From NCBI GenBank assembly GCA_964019335.1, contig OZ025650.1, positions 620,001 to 684,000 of the forward strand: a DNA stretch of 64,000 nucleotides. The letters run 5' to 3'. Positions within the stretch are counted from its first letter, which is position 1; every line of letters begins with the position of its first letter. The position numbers and the translations under genes were made by a program. Origin of the DNA: Diplonema japonicum. Its lineage: Eukaryota > Protista > Euglenozoa: Diplonemea. Below are positions 1-12,200 of the stretch, in pieces. The notes beneath the pieces were generated by a model. The model did no database searches and was not told where the DNA came from. It was given only the letters and a program-made list of their open reading frames with translations.

Positions 1-22
1 AACGTCCAAGTAAATACCTAAA

Positions 23-859
23 ATGCCCCGTGTTCCCGTCCCTGAAAAGCAGAAGAAGGCACAGGCTGCCGCTGCCAAGTCCTCGGCCAAGGCCACCGCT
101 GCTGGTGCTGAGAAGGCTGAGTCCGCTGTTGAGAAGCGCCGTCAGTACATGAAGAAGGCAGCCCTTTACAACAAGCAGTACAAGGCTGAGGCCAACACCC
201 TCAAGTCCATGAAGCTGACCGCCCAGAAGGAGGGCAACTTCTACAGCGAGCCCGGTGCCAAGATCGCCTTCGTGGTGAGGATCAGGGGTATCAACGACGT
301 CGCCCCCAAGCCCAGGAAGATCCTGCAACTCCTCCGCCTGAGGCAGCTCCACACTGGTGTCTTCGTGAGACTGAACAAGGCCACCCTCAACATGCTGAAG
401 AAGGTTGAGGCCTTCGTTGCCTGGGGGTATGCATACTATAAGAAATATCACACTACTTCAGGTACCCCTCCCTGAGCACCGTCCGTGCTCTCGTCTACAA
501 GCGTGGGTACCTGTCCGTCAAGGGCAACCGTATCCCCATCTCTGAGAACGCTGTATGTTATTCACACAACAAGCACAACACACATTAGGTTGTCGAGGAG
601 GCTCTCGAGAAGAAGACCAAGGCTGGCGTGATGTGCGCTGAGGACATTGTGAACCAGCTCCTCACGAGTGGCGAGCACTTCAGCCAGGTTGCTCACACTC
701 TGTGGCCCTTCAAACTCAGCACCCCCAACGGTGGTATCAAATACAAGAACTCCCACTTCGTCGAGGGTGGTGACTACGGCAACCGCGAGACGCTTATCAA
801 GTATGGCAACTTTCACAAATACCAACGCACACAGCGCCCTCCTTGCTCGCATGATCTAA
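23..859 (+). CDS. RPL7: 60S ribosomal protein L7 (uL30), 4 exons: 23-426, 462-552, 589-800, 835-859; 243 aa
   Basis: Motifs AFVVRIRGIN, LQLLRLRQ, WGYPSLST, LWPFKL, HFVEGGDYGNRE. Three GT-AG introns (427-461, 553-588, 801-834) restore one continuous frame of 732 nt. Confidence 0.97.
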
Positions 860-1015
860 GTGTAGTACTGGGGTATCTTTATCATCTTTCGTTGCTGGTT
901 GTAGTTCTTTTCATACCTTAAGTGTTACATTATTTGTTTGTAGTTACAATATGGCAATTCCAAGACCAGCACGGCTGGCGGCGGTGCAGGTGAACGGTGT
1001 ATTTAAAGGATTGCT

Positions 1016-2002
1016 ATGACGCAACATGAAGATGAGGTGGGAGAGATCCTGAGGAGGATGTGCAGGGACTGCAGGGTGCATGGTGTCAGGAGGATGGAGT
1101 ATAACGAAGTAAAAAGAGATATGTTGAGTTTTTACAGGGAATTTGTGGCCGGGAGGAAGCCCTGCGTGATGGAAGGCGGGCTGACAGAGTGGCGCGGTTT
1201 GTGGGAGTGGGACAAGAAGACGCTGGAAACGAGGATGGGTGATAGCAAGGTGACTGTAGCCGTGACACCCAACGGCAGAGCAGATGCTTTGACCGACGTG
1301 GGCGGGAGGACGTTGTTCATGCGCCCCGACGAGCAGCTGTTAAGTTTCAAAGACTTCTCCAGCCAACTCCACGAGCAGAACCCACATCGCGTTCTATATG
1401 CACAAAAGCAGAATAACTCCTTCAATGAAGAGTACGCACCCCTGCACGAGGACATTACCGACAACCTGCACAACATGGGCCGTACCATCTTCGGCAGCGA
1501 ACCTGAGGCCGTGAACTTCTGGATGGGAAGCGACGCCACCGTGTCTTCCATGCACAGGGACCACTACGAAAACCTGTATGCCGTCGTAAGGGGGTCGAAG
1601 ACCTTCACACTCGTCCCACCCTGGGAGAGCTCATTCATCCCCTATACGGAGCACAAGGAGGGTATGTGGAAAGAGGACGGCGAAGGCAGTTTTAAGGTAG
1701 AGCCCCTTGACAGTTCTGTAAAGTGGGTGGACGTGGACCCGAGCGACCCCAACGCTGCGGAAAAGTACCCCCTGTGGGCTAATGCGCATCCCTTAACCGT
1801 TACAGTGGAAGCGGGTGATGTGCTGTACCTCCCCTCGACGTGGTACCACGAGGTGAGCCAGTGCGGTGACGACGATGGGGTCACCATCGCCGTGAACTAC
1901 TGGTGGGACATGCACTACGACACCAACTTCTGGATGCTCGAGGCTGCACGGAGGGTGGGCAACCTCGCTAAAGGCGAACCCCTCAGCGACGATGACGAGT
2001 GA
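1016..2002 (+). CDS. JMJD7: JmjC-domain 2-oxoglutarate/Fe(II) oxygenase, JMJD7-like
   Basis: VTPNGRAD, YAQKQN, AVNFWMG, SMHRDHYENLY (HxD), YLPSTWYHEV (distal His), IAVNYW. Confidence 0.88.
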   Translation: MTQHEDEVGEILRRMCRDCRVHGVRRMEYNEVKRDMLSFYREFVAGRKPCVMEGGLTEWRGLWEWDKKTLETRMGDSKVTVAVTPNGRADALTDVGGRTLFMRPDEQLLSFKDFSSQLHEQNPHRVLYAQKQNNSFNEEYAPLHEDITDNLHNMGRTIFGSEPEAVNFWMGSDATVSSMHRDHYENLYAVVRGSKTFTLVPPWESSFIPYTEHKEGMWKEDGEGSFKVEPLDSSVKWVDVDPSDPNAAEKYPLWANAHPLTVTVEAGDVLYLPSTWYHEVSQCGDDDGVTIAVNYWWDMHYDTNFWMLEAARRVGNLAKGEPLSDDDE

Positions 2003-2103
2003 TATCAAGCCGTCAGTAGATGTGCCACCTTATTCATTTTTCTGTTTTTCTTTTTACGTAGCGTAGTTTTTGCTTTACTTAACCAACAGACTTTCTCTTA
2101 ACA

Positions 2104-3372
2104 ATGTCGTTCTTTCAGGAGCTATTTGGTGACAACTTGGAAACCAAGAGCGGTCAGAAGCCAACGAGCGAGGTCCTGAAGGGGAAGGGTCACGTGTTGG
2201 TGTACTTCAGTGCACACTGGTGCCCACCCTGTAGGAAGTTCACTCCTGCGTTCGCACAATTTCACAAGAATTTTAACTCTGCGAAGAATTTTGAAACCGT
2301 GTTCGTGTCTCTGGACAGAGACGAGGCCTCCTTCAAGGAGTACTATGACAGCATGCCATGGACAGCAATCCCCTACGCCTCTGCCAACAGAGAGGTTGTG
2401 AGCTCAAAGTACGGTGGGGAGGGTATCCCCGAGCTGGTGGTCTTTGACGCTGAGGGTAAGATCGTGAGGCGGGGTGCCGTCGAGAATGTGATGATGGACT
2501 CCTCTGCTGTAGCCTTCCCATGGGCACCCCCCAAGTGGGAAGATGCCATGCCCGAGAAATTCATCAAACAGGATGGAACGACGGTCGGGAAGGAGGCACT
2601 CAACGGCAAGACGGTGGGTATTTACTGCTCTGCGCACTGGTGCCCGCCTTGCAGGTCCTTCACCCCGAAGTTGGCCTCCTTCTATGACGCGTACAAGAAG
2701 CTGGACCCTAACTTCGAAATTGTGTTCTGCAGCAGCGACAAGTCGGAGAAGGAGATGATGTCCTACTTCAAAGAAGCGCATGGGGACTACCTGTGCTATG
2801 AGTATGGCTCAAAGCAAAGGGAGACGATGAAAAAAATGGTTGATGCATCGGGGATCCCCACCTTCGCGATCTACAAGGGTGGAAAACTGGTGAACAAGGA
2901 GGGAAGGTCAAAGGTGGGGATGGGTGCGGATGCTGTGGCGGCGGAGGGGTGGGAACCTCCGTTCGTTGGGGACCTTTCTCAAACAGCAGAGGTTAGGGGG
3001 GTGGACATCAACAGAGCGCCTGCGGTGGTGCTGAGGATGGAAGGCTGTGATGATGACACGGTGAAGGACGGGGAGAAAGCGCTGGAGGCTGTTGCAAAGG
3101 AGTTCGCCATGAAGTCTGCCGAGCCTGATGTTATCTTCTTCGTAAGCAAGTCCATGGGGGGTATTACCAAGCAGCTCTCCCAGATGTGCAAGAAGAACGG
3201 CGGCCCACGCTGTGCTGTACCTGACGACGAGCCCCTCATGATGCTATTTAATATTCCTGACAATGGGGCATTCTACGAATCCCCCACCACGGACATCACC
3301 CCTGACTCCGTCCGTGCGTTTATTAAGGAATTCAACGACGGAAAACTCTCCCGCAAGCAACTCCAGCAATAA
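2104..3372 (+). CDS. Nucleoredoxin/tryparedoxin-like protein: two WCPPC thioredoxin domains plus a C-terminal Trx-like domain without the active-site motif
   Basis: Two SAHWCPPCR motifs, FE(T/I)VF.S.D, GIP.L/F; third domain lacks the WCxxC motif. Confidence 0.92.
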   Translation: MSFFQELFGDNLETKSGQKPTSEVLKGKGHVLVYFSAHWCPPCRKFTPAFAQFHKNFNSAKNFETVFVSLDRDEASFKEYYDSMPWTAIPYASANREVVSSKYGGEGIPELVVFDAEGKIVRRGAVENVMMDSSAVAFPWAPPKWEDAMPEKFIKQDGTTVGKEALNGKTVGIYCSAHWCPPCRSFTPKLASFYDAYKKLDPNFEIVFCSSDKSEKEMMSYFKEAHGDYLCYEYGSKQRETMKKMVDASGIPTFAIYKGGKLVNKEGRSKVGMGADAVAAEGWEPPFVGDLSQTAEVRGVDINRAPAVVLRMEGCDDDTVKDGEKALEAVAKEFAMKSAEPDVIFFVSKSMGGITKQLSQMCKKNGGPRCAVPDDEPLMMLFNIPDNGAFYESPTTDITPDSVRAFIKEFNDGKLSRKQLQQ

Positions 3373-4291
3373 GGTGGTACACTTCTCGTTCCCTTGCCTT
3401 GATTTCCTCTCCATTATGTTCCCCCCCCCCCCCCCCCCCCTTCTGACTTAATTCCCCCCCATCCCCATCCCTGTTTCACTTTTTTTTCCGGAATAGCATA
3501 AGATCTGCCCTTTCCTTAATACTTGACCCCCTAATACAAGTATTTATTTTCCTGAAAGAAGGGTAAAAAAAGAGAAAAGAAAAGAAAAAAACCAACGTTG
3601 ACATACACATTGAGGAGCGGTGAATAACTATTTAAAAAAAAAAAAAAGGAAAATAAGATAGCGTTAGTGGTGGCAGGGGTTCAACGAAAGAGGATCTTAC
3701 TTCACGAGCGGGAGCGAGTGTGGTAATAGCTTCGAGTTAATCCGGCCGCCATAAGTGCAAAATGCTCAATACCCATATCTTTAAAACCTGTCTGGTCAAA
3801 GAGCTCTGATAGTCAAGGTTTCTTTTTCTTTTGCCAGCAAGTGTTAGGTAACAAAGTAACGGTGATGAACCAAATTAAAGGAATATGAATAAGAAAAGTG
3901 AGAATGGAGAAAGTAGTAAAAGTTACTTCTTTTTTAGGGGGCAGCAAGAAATTTGGCCTCCGGGTCGAAGTCCAGGTGGGTAACAACACCTCCCCTTAAG
4001 CGAGTTGCTTTCCTCGTGTTGTGAGTCTATGCGAGGTTATCCATCCTCGAGCCATGCACTCCTCCACGGTAGCCGTGATCTCATCACTCTCATGAGATCC
4101 CTTTTAAAATGACTGGCTAGGGTTGCTGCGAGACACCTCAGCCTCCAGGCCTTGCAGTAAACGCTGCCACAATTTTTTCTTTTTAACTTATTCTCTAACA
4201 TGAAACACCCCCTTTTTTCCCTGCTTTCCCTGCTTCATATTGAAGAGAAGTACCTTTGTACAAAGTCAATAGTAAATAAAGAGAAAGCAAA

Positions 4292-5023
4292 ATGAACAAA
4301 GATGCGGAAAACATGAGCGTGGCAGAGCTAAAGACAGTTATAGCGAAGGCGGGACTTGCAACAACAGGGCTTACTGAGAAGCACGAGCTGGTGGAGAGGG
4401 CGAGAGAAGCAGTTGAGAAGCTTCAAGGTGAGGAAACAGCAAAGCTGGGTGTATTCAAAGACCAGGCAAAGACAATGAATGTGAAAGAGCTGAAGGAAAC
4501 GATAACAAAGGGAAAGCTCAGCATGGTGGGGGTCACAGAAAAGAGCGAGTTGGTGGATCTGGCAGCCCGGGCGCTGAAGATTCTCTCAGAGAAGAAGCCG
4601 TCCTTCTTCGAAGGGCCTTTTGGGAAGGAGCTGCTCACAAAGAACGGGCTGCAGAGCACCTCTGACGTGCTAGACGGGAAAAAGTACGTTCTTGTGTACC
4701 TGAGCGCTCACTGGTGCCCCCCTTGCAGACAATTCACACCAATTCTTTCTGAGTTCTACTCGGAACTCAAGAATGAGAAGAGTTTTGAGGTTGTCTTCGC
4801 GTCTGCTGATCATGACGAGCACAGCTTCGACGAGTACTTCTCGTCCATGCCCTGGACTGCAATCCCCTACAACACAGCACAACGCATGTCCGCCTCGCAG
4901 ACCTACGGCAAGGGTGGCATCCCCGAGCTCGTTGTCTGCGACGCTGCCACTGGCAAAGTCCTCAAACGCGGCGCAGTGCAAGATGTGTACGGTGACCCGT
5001 CGGGCGACAGCCTCTTCGCGTAG
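4292..5023 (+). CDS. Two SAP/HeH-like helical modules fused to one tryparedoxin-like (WCPPC) domain
   Basis: MSVAELK...GLTEKHEL and MNVKELK...GVTEKSEL repeats, then a SAHWCPPCR domain closely similar to domain 1 of the 2104 gene. Confidence 0.88.
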   Translation: MNKDAENMSVAELKTVIAKAGLATTGLTEKHELVERAREAVEKLQGEETAKLGVFKDQAKTMNVKELKETITKGKLSMVGVTEKSELVDLAARALKILSEKKPSFFEGPFGKELLTKNGLQSTSDVLDGKKYVLVYLSAHWCPPCRQFTPILSEFYSELKNEKSFEVVFASADHDEHSFDEYFSSMPWTAIPYNTAQRMSASQTYGKGGIPELVVCDAATGKVLKRGAVQDVYGDPSGDSLFA

Positions 5024-5219
5024 CTCACGGGCCACGCAGTGCCACCTCCAAGCCACCTTGTATGTCGCTTACTACCAGCAGCGAACTGTGTCTGCGACAC
5101 ATGCGACCTACACACCAAATAAGAAAAAAAAAACACAAAACTTAGATCACCTGTTCCGATGAAGAGTGGGCGGCTTGGTATTTATGCGTCTACACAGCAC
5201 TTCAAGCACGAAGGTTAAA

Positions 5220-6160
5220 ATGAGCATTGACGCTATGAGTGTGAAGGAGCTGAAGGCAGCAATCCAGCAAGCCGGGATGTCTGCAGTGGGTGTGACAGAG
5301 AAGAGCGAACTGAAAGAGATTGCGGCAAAAGCTGTCGAGAAACTTGAAGCGGAGGCGAAGAGTGGTTTCAAAGTGGGGGGCTCAGACGTGACCCTCGGGG
5401 GGTGGGAGTGTAGAGTGATAAACCCAACCAGCACGCCGAAGCACGTTATTGTGACTCTGCACGGGTTCGGGGCCACCAACACCGACTTTGTTCCATTGGC
5501 AAGCCACTTGAAGCATACTTTGCCAGAAAACGTGATGTGGGTGTTCCCGCAGGCCAATGTAGACAGGTCTTTGGGAGCTTCTGCTTGGTGGAAAATTGAT
5601 GTCCCAGAGTGGATGTCAGCACAGACGGGGGGTGAGAAGGTGTTGGCAAACCTCATTAGAAAAACTCATGAAGGGCTTCCAGAGTGCAGAGCTAATGGGT
5701 TGAAGATGGTGAAGGAAATCATGACAAAGACGGGCCTGTCCTCTGACAAGATCCACTTGTCGGGATTCTCACAAGGCGCCATGACCTCTATGGACATTGC
5801 ACTGTCCCATGACACCCCGCTTGGCAGTGTGGCCATGATATCTGGTGCTCCAATCGTGGTAGACGAATGGAAAGAGAAGCTGGAGAAAAATAAAGGGAAG
5901 CACAACTTTTTCGTTTCTCATGGGAAGTCCGACCCTGTGGTATGATCCTGCTTCCCATTCACACACTACAGCTGCCTTATGCGGCGTCTGGCTGGGCTGT
6001 CAAGCTGTTTGAAGAATCGGGGGGTACCGAGGTATGCACTGCTATGCTAAACACATCACAATAACAGGTGACTTACGTACCGCACGCGGGAGGGCACGAC
6101 CTGGGCGGCCCCTCTGTTATTCTAGCGCTTGGTAAGTTCTGGGCTGCTGCCTGCAACTGA
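5220..6160 (+). CDS. SAP/HeH-like module fused to phospholipase/carboxylesterase (acyl-protein thioesterase-like); exons 5220-5939, 5972-6031, 6068-6160; 290 aa
   Basis: LHGFG, GFSQG (Ser), HGKSDPVL (Asp), GGHD (His). The triad is completed only after removing introns 5940-5971 and 6032-6067. Confidence 0.9.
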
Positions 6161-6267
6161 ATAAAGTAGTAATTTTCCCCTCCTTTTTCCTTGTATTTGG
6201 TAACTTAACATTTCCTGCAGGATGAAGGCATATGGCCGCTCCTGAGTGGTAATCCCTTCCCTACACA

Positions 6268-9200
6268 ATGGAGGTGACCTCATCCGTCTCTTCACCTGAC
6301 CACGCCTTCGCGCACCGCGGGCTAGAGCTTGACATTTATGATGAAAATCTCCCGGCACGGGATGTGCCAGAAGGAGATGGTACACATGATGTCACAATGT
6401 TCGGCACTCTAGCAAACAACATGCTACGACGCGACGCTGCGCATGTGGTGCCAGAAGGCAATTCTCTCTTCATCTTCTCAAACACCAACCCGTTCCGACT
6501 GAAGTGCGTATTTCTCGTGAACAACATCATCTTCCAGTACTGTGTCATCTCGCTTATCATTCTCAATGCGGTCTCCATGGCCGCCACTGATCCTACATTA
6601 ACACTTGAACAGCGCGAAAACGACACGTGGCAGAGTGTCCTGTACTACTTTGATCTCGGGTGCCTCTCTTTCTACGTTATCGAACTTGCACTAAAATGCA
6701 TCGCTTGCGGCGCTTTTTTCGGAGAGCGTTGCTTTTGGGTCGACCCTTGGAACAAGCTAGACCTAGTCGTGGTATTCTGCAGCTGGTTAGGCTGGATTGG
6801 TACTAGGGGTGGTTTCAAAGGCCCAACGAGAGGCGCGAATGCACTGCGTGTGTTCCGTGCTATCAAGCCGCTTAGAGTGGTGAAGTCTCTGCCCGCAGTA
6901 CGGGCCATTCTCGATTCGCTGAGCAACTCTATACCACTGTTGGCAAGCACAACGCTGCTCTTTTGTTTTTTCTTCCTAACCTTTTCCATCGTAGCGCTTG
7001 AGTTCTACCAAGAATCCCTAAGCAGGAGGTGCGTCGTTGCTGGCGAGTACATCACACCAACGTTTTTAGGTTCCAACGTGTCCACCACAGGCAGCACACC
7101 CACCGTGACTCTGCTCGAAGGTCGCGAGACCATCTCCCCCACTTGGTGCAACGCCGACAAGACTTTCGGTGTCAAGTGCCAATCACCCGAGGCAACCTGC
7201 TCTCTTGTTGAGGCACCTTATGAGGGTGTGGCGTCGTTCGACAACATGGCAAGCAGCTGTTTGGTGCTGTTTCAAGTTATGACTCTAGACTCATGGTCCT
7301 TCTACCTGTATGCTTTAGGCGATGCAGAGAACTGGCTGTGGACGTTGTTTTTCTTTGTCGCCTTGATCGTGCTGATCAGTTTTGTGGTGATCAATCTGTT
7401 CCTTGCTGTGATCCATACTACTTTTGTTGAGGTGCGCCAAGAGCAGCAGAGGTCCGCTTTCCTCGATACGGAGACGGCGAAGCAGGTGCAGGAAGCCAAC
7501 AAGGTCACGGACGAAGATATCATCAATAGGATCGCAGACCGCGAGGAAGACGAACCATGCTGCGCACCCTTCCACTTGATACAGAGGCCTGTGGCAGCTC
7601 TCATAGACTCGAAGGCTTTCGAGATAGGTGTTAACGTGTGCATCGTGCTCAGCGTCGCCCTGCAGACCTTCGAGGCATCGGGGCTGGACGCCGTACATGA
7701 CATGAACAGCTTCTTCGATATCAGTGAGGCGGTGTTCATCGGCATCTTCATAGTGGAGATCCTGCTGCGCATGGTCAAGTTCGGTACCATCCCCGCTTTT
7801 TTCAGGAAAGACTCATGGAACACATTCGATCTGCTGATTGTAGTGCTGGCTTTTGTGGGTTTAGTGGCGGGCAATACGTCACTGCGCTTCCTCCGTGCCT
7901 TCCGGTTGCTAAGGCTGGTGAGGCTAGTGAAAGACTTTGAGGGGCTGCAGCGGCTGCTTGCAGCAGCCGTGGCGGGTATCTTGCCAACGTTTAACGTTCT
8001 GGTGTTCGCGTTGTTCATTTTGTTCGTATTTGCCTGCATGGGCATGTCCTTGTTCGGCGGGCACTTCAACAGACACAACGAACCCAATTCGCCCTTCCGC
8101 ACGGACGCTAACAACAAGGCGTGGCTCAGTGTCGTTGACAGACTGAATTTCGACCAATTCGACACAGCCTTCATCCTGCTGTTCCAGATCATGACAGGCG
8201 ACAACTGGTCACTCTTCATGTGGTACTCCATGAATATTGATATCCCTGTTCCGTGGATACAAGCCACCACTTACTTTGTGGTCTATTACTTCATCTCGGG
8301 GCTCATCGTGCTGTCGCTCTTTACTGTCGTAATCTTGGAAAACTTCGAGCTCTCGCAAGAGGAAAAGCAGAAAGCAACGCAGCGCTTGCGGAAGAACATC
8401 GAGAAAAACATGCGGGTAGGGATCCAGGCCAGGCGGTCTCTGGGGCTCAGTGTTGTGATTCCTGCCAGGGAGGCTAACCTGCAGTCCTTTCGGACATCGA
8501 GCAACCTCGGTCTGGACCCGGCATTGGCCGCGATTAAAAACAGAGTTGCGTCTTTCGTTTCAAGAAAAAAGAGCCTTGCACCTTTAAAGCTGCCAATTTC
8601 CTCGCTGCAGCTGTTCATCGCACAGCATAACAACACCGGCGACTTGGAGAACGTGCACGACATCCTTGACGAGGGCCTCGAGAGTCTCGACGCTTCCCTA
8701 CACGACCAGAACATGCTGGACTGGATAGCTGCAGCTCACACCCTACTATCCTCCATGTACATCTTCTGCACAAGCCAGTGCAGTGCTTTCATCCACAACT
8801 TACTCGTGAAAACCGTCAAAGCAGAGTTGCAGTGCAATATTCTCCAGACTTTTGAATCACAGCTCATAGATAGCCTTCAGCTCTCTCGCCGCACACTGAT
8901 CTCCCTACTGGATGCTGAGTGGAGTGGCACAAAAACGGACGGACTCGTGCGGCAGCTATCGATGCAAGGCAAGGCCCCTGGACAAGACGCTGTCAGCAAC
9001 TTGAGCACAATGGCCGTGTACGAAGTGTGCCTGGCAGAGAAGTATGCGAGGGACAAGATTATCGGGAAGCAGGAAGTACAGCGCGCGTCAATAAAAACAG
9101 CAATCGCCAAAGACTGGGACATCTTAGATCTACACGTGGCGAAGATACAGGCTATGACTAGAAGGTACATTATCAAGAAGAACTTAGCTAATGAACTCAA

Positions 9201-12200
9201 CTTGCTTAGGCAAGAACGCACAATGCGCGAGCTCATTGTGGATTGCCAGCATAGTGATTGGCATGACATGGCACTGTCCACCCACGTGGCTGCCATGCCT
9301 GCGTTGGAGAAAAAAGTGCGTGACAAGACGTGGACGGACCCCACGCAAGAGGCTAACATCGCGCCGCAGAAGTACTACAAAGGGCTTCATGATTTCAAGG
9401 AGATGTACAGCACGAAGGACGACCTTGGCGTCGATGTAACAGCACTTGCGGCAGCGGAGCTATACGAAGTGGAGATCGGAGTGTGCACTTTTAGAGATAT
9501 CTTGCGGATGGTGATGGAAGGCGACTTCGTTGCTGCGTCGCACAACTTCATGAGGCTCGACAAGTCGACTCTGGAGGAAGCTGTTGTGCGCACTAGGAAC
9601 TATGCTAAGGAGGCCCTCCGGATCAACACCGCGACCTTTGCTGATATTTACCTACGCAGTGCGTACAACATGTCTCTTGCTATTAAGGAAGGAAACGACG
9701 CTGCAAGCGTGTCCACTGCCGAACAAGAATACTATGTTGCAATGCCGTGCTTGCTGTTGCCACCAGTGCCGCAGCTAAGCCAACATATATCGCGCTCCAC
9801 TGTTATCAGAACACAAAATGTTGTGAGGTGGGTGAACCCAGACCTCACAATGGCTAAGGAGGGGTACTGTGCTTTATGCACACACTATGCCGTCCATGGC
9901 GACACTGTCAGCTACACTACCGCCTCCAGGGTCGCTGCCCTTCCCGCAATAGAGAGGAGCCCGCGAAATAGGGACGTACGGAAGCCGTCTGTCTCCTTCG
10001 CGACAGATATGATACAGAAGCAGATAGCTTCGTCAGCAAACATTTTCGGAGCCAGCCCGCCGGGGTCACCTACTTCGTTTTCCACAGCCTCGTTCTCTCC
10101 TGGTTATAAGTCTCCTGGCTACAGATCTCCCCCAGGGGGTGTGCACGACGATGTGTTCACCCCACTGCCACAGTCACCGACCCGTAGGCGAAGATCATTA
10201 AACAATGTTGCTGACAGCAAGGAAAGCCTCATCCGGGAGCTCACAGGGGAACTCGTTGGTAACAACGTGGACAACCCGAAGCTGCCCACAGCGCCAGATG
10301 GTGAAGACGACGAAGACGAAACTCCTGACGCTCCTGATGTCATGATGAAGGAGCTCGATGCCAAGAGCTTTGGAATCTTCGACCCTGGGTCCTCTGTCAG
10401 AATGCTGGTATGCCTGCTCTTGCTTCGCACACACCACCGCAGTGCTCGACCATGTCGAACAGCCTGTTGTTCAACCTCTTCATTACTCTTGTCATCATCG
10501 GCTCTTCAATAGTAGTTCTGTGGCAGCCTACCCCAGAGGCATGGGACAAGACACCTACTATCCCAGAGTGGATGAGAAGTATGTGCTTATCTTTCTTAAT
10601 CATTGCCTACACTCACAGACTTGGAGCTTGCTTTTATTGGAGTGTTCGTGTCGGAAGCACTCATCAAGATGTGCGCCATGACCTTCTACTCTGCGGGCGA
10701 CGATTCGTACATTGCAGACTCGTGGAATAAGCTTGACTTTCTTGTGCTTTGGTGCCAGGTGCTTGCCCATGTTCTGCCGACTGTGCGTGGTCTGGGGCTT
10801 GTCAAAGCCTTGCGACCGTTGCGGCTAATAAGCCAAATAGAAGGTCTGCAGGTAGTGTTAGGAGCGTTGCTTGCAAGCTTGAAAACGTTTGTGAACGTGT
10901 TCATTGCTGGCACCTTCGGGCTGTTCCTGTGCGCTCTGTTCGGGTACCACCTGTTTCACGATCGCTTCGACAAGTGCACGCACCCTGGGTGGACGGGTGG
11001 CGAGTCTAAGGACAACTGCGTTGGCGACGTGGTCACCTCCATCGACGACATCTCATACCTGGTCCCCGTGGCGTGGATCAAAGCGCAGGCTGCAACCTTC
11101 GACACTATCCAGGCAGCTATGGCTGCGTGTCTGGAGATCTCGTCTCTGTCATCATGGTCAACGTTGGCGTACCAGTCGATGGATATCACGAGCATTGGGC
11201 GGCAGCCGCAGACCAACCACTCGAAGTGGGCAATCATCTACTACATCATCGTTATCACTGTGTGCACGCTGTTCCTGGTCAACCTGTTCATTGGTGTCAT
11301 TATCACGAACATCAACACGCACCGTGGAATGGAGCTCATGGACGATAGACAGCAGGAGTGGGCTCTGCTAAACAGAACCATTGCCCTAGTGCGGCTCCCT
11401 GTTGTGATCGAACGACCACGCGGTCGTGTGAGAAGCGTTTGCTACGATATTGCAGGCTCTTATTGGTTCTTGAAGGCGGTGTTGGGTGTCATTGTCGCCA
11501 ACATTATTGTAATGGCTTCCTCGCATAGGTCGGAGCCTGGCTGGTGGTATGATACACGGCAGGTTCTCAACTACGTATTCCTCACTGTGTACGTTGTGGA
11601 GATGGTGATCAAGCTGCTGGCTTACGGGCCAAAGTACTTCGCAGACCACTGGAACAAGTTCGACTTTGTTATCGTGTGGGGATCCATCCTGTCCATCGCC
11701 TACGGCTTCATCGTCGGCGGGCAAACCCTCACAGTGCTGTCCGTCGCAAGGATCTTCCGCATTGGACGCATCTTCAGAATCGCAAGGCGCTTCAAAGGGG
11801 TTGCAACCATGTTCCACACGTTGCTCGTGTCCCTGCCGCAGATTCTGAATATCTCGTTGATGATGCTGCTGCTTGTCTTCATCTACACAGTAGTGGGAAT
11901 GAACTACTTCAGCCACATAAAATTCCAGTACAATCTCAACAAGAATGCTAACTTCCGCTCGTTCTCTTCTGCACTGTCCATCGTGTTCCGTATGGTGACG
12001 CTCGACGACTGGAATAAAGTAATGCGAGACTGCACTGTGCAGCCCCCCCACTGCACCTTCGTTGACGGCTTCGATGATTGCGGCTCGCGTTGGGCTTTTG
12101 TTTACTTCTTTTCCTTCTTCATCATCGGGAGCTACATCTTCCTTAACCTCGTCATCGCTGTTATTTTAGACAACTTCACTCACACATTCAGCAGATGTAT

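Noticed and set aside
3950-3980. tRNA T-arm, RNase P/MRP or HDV-ribozyme-like motif
   Set aside because: No cloverleaf, partner strand or nested pseudoknot could be built by eye.
4113-4128. ctagggttg as a telomerase-template or telomeric repeat
   Set aside because: A single imperfect unit, expected by chance.
5931-5945. TGA after DPVV as a possible selenocysteine codon
   Set aside because: It lies inside intron 5940-5971.
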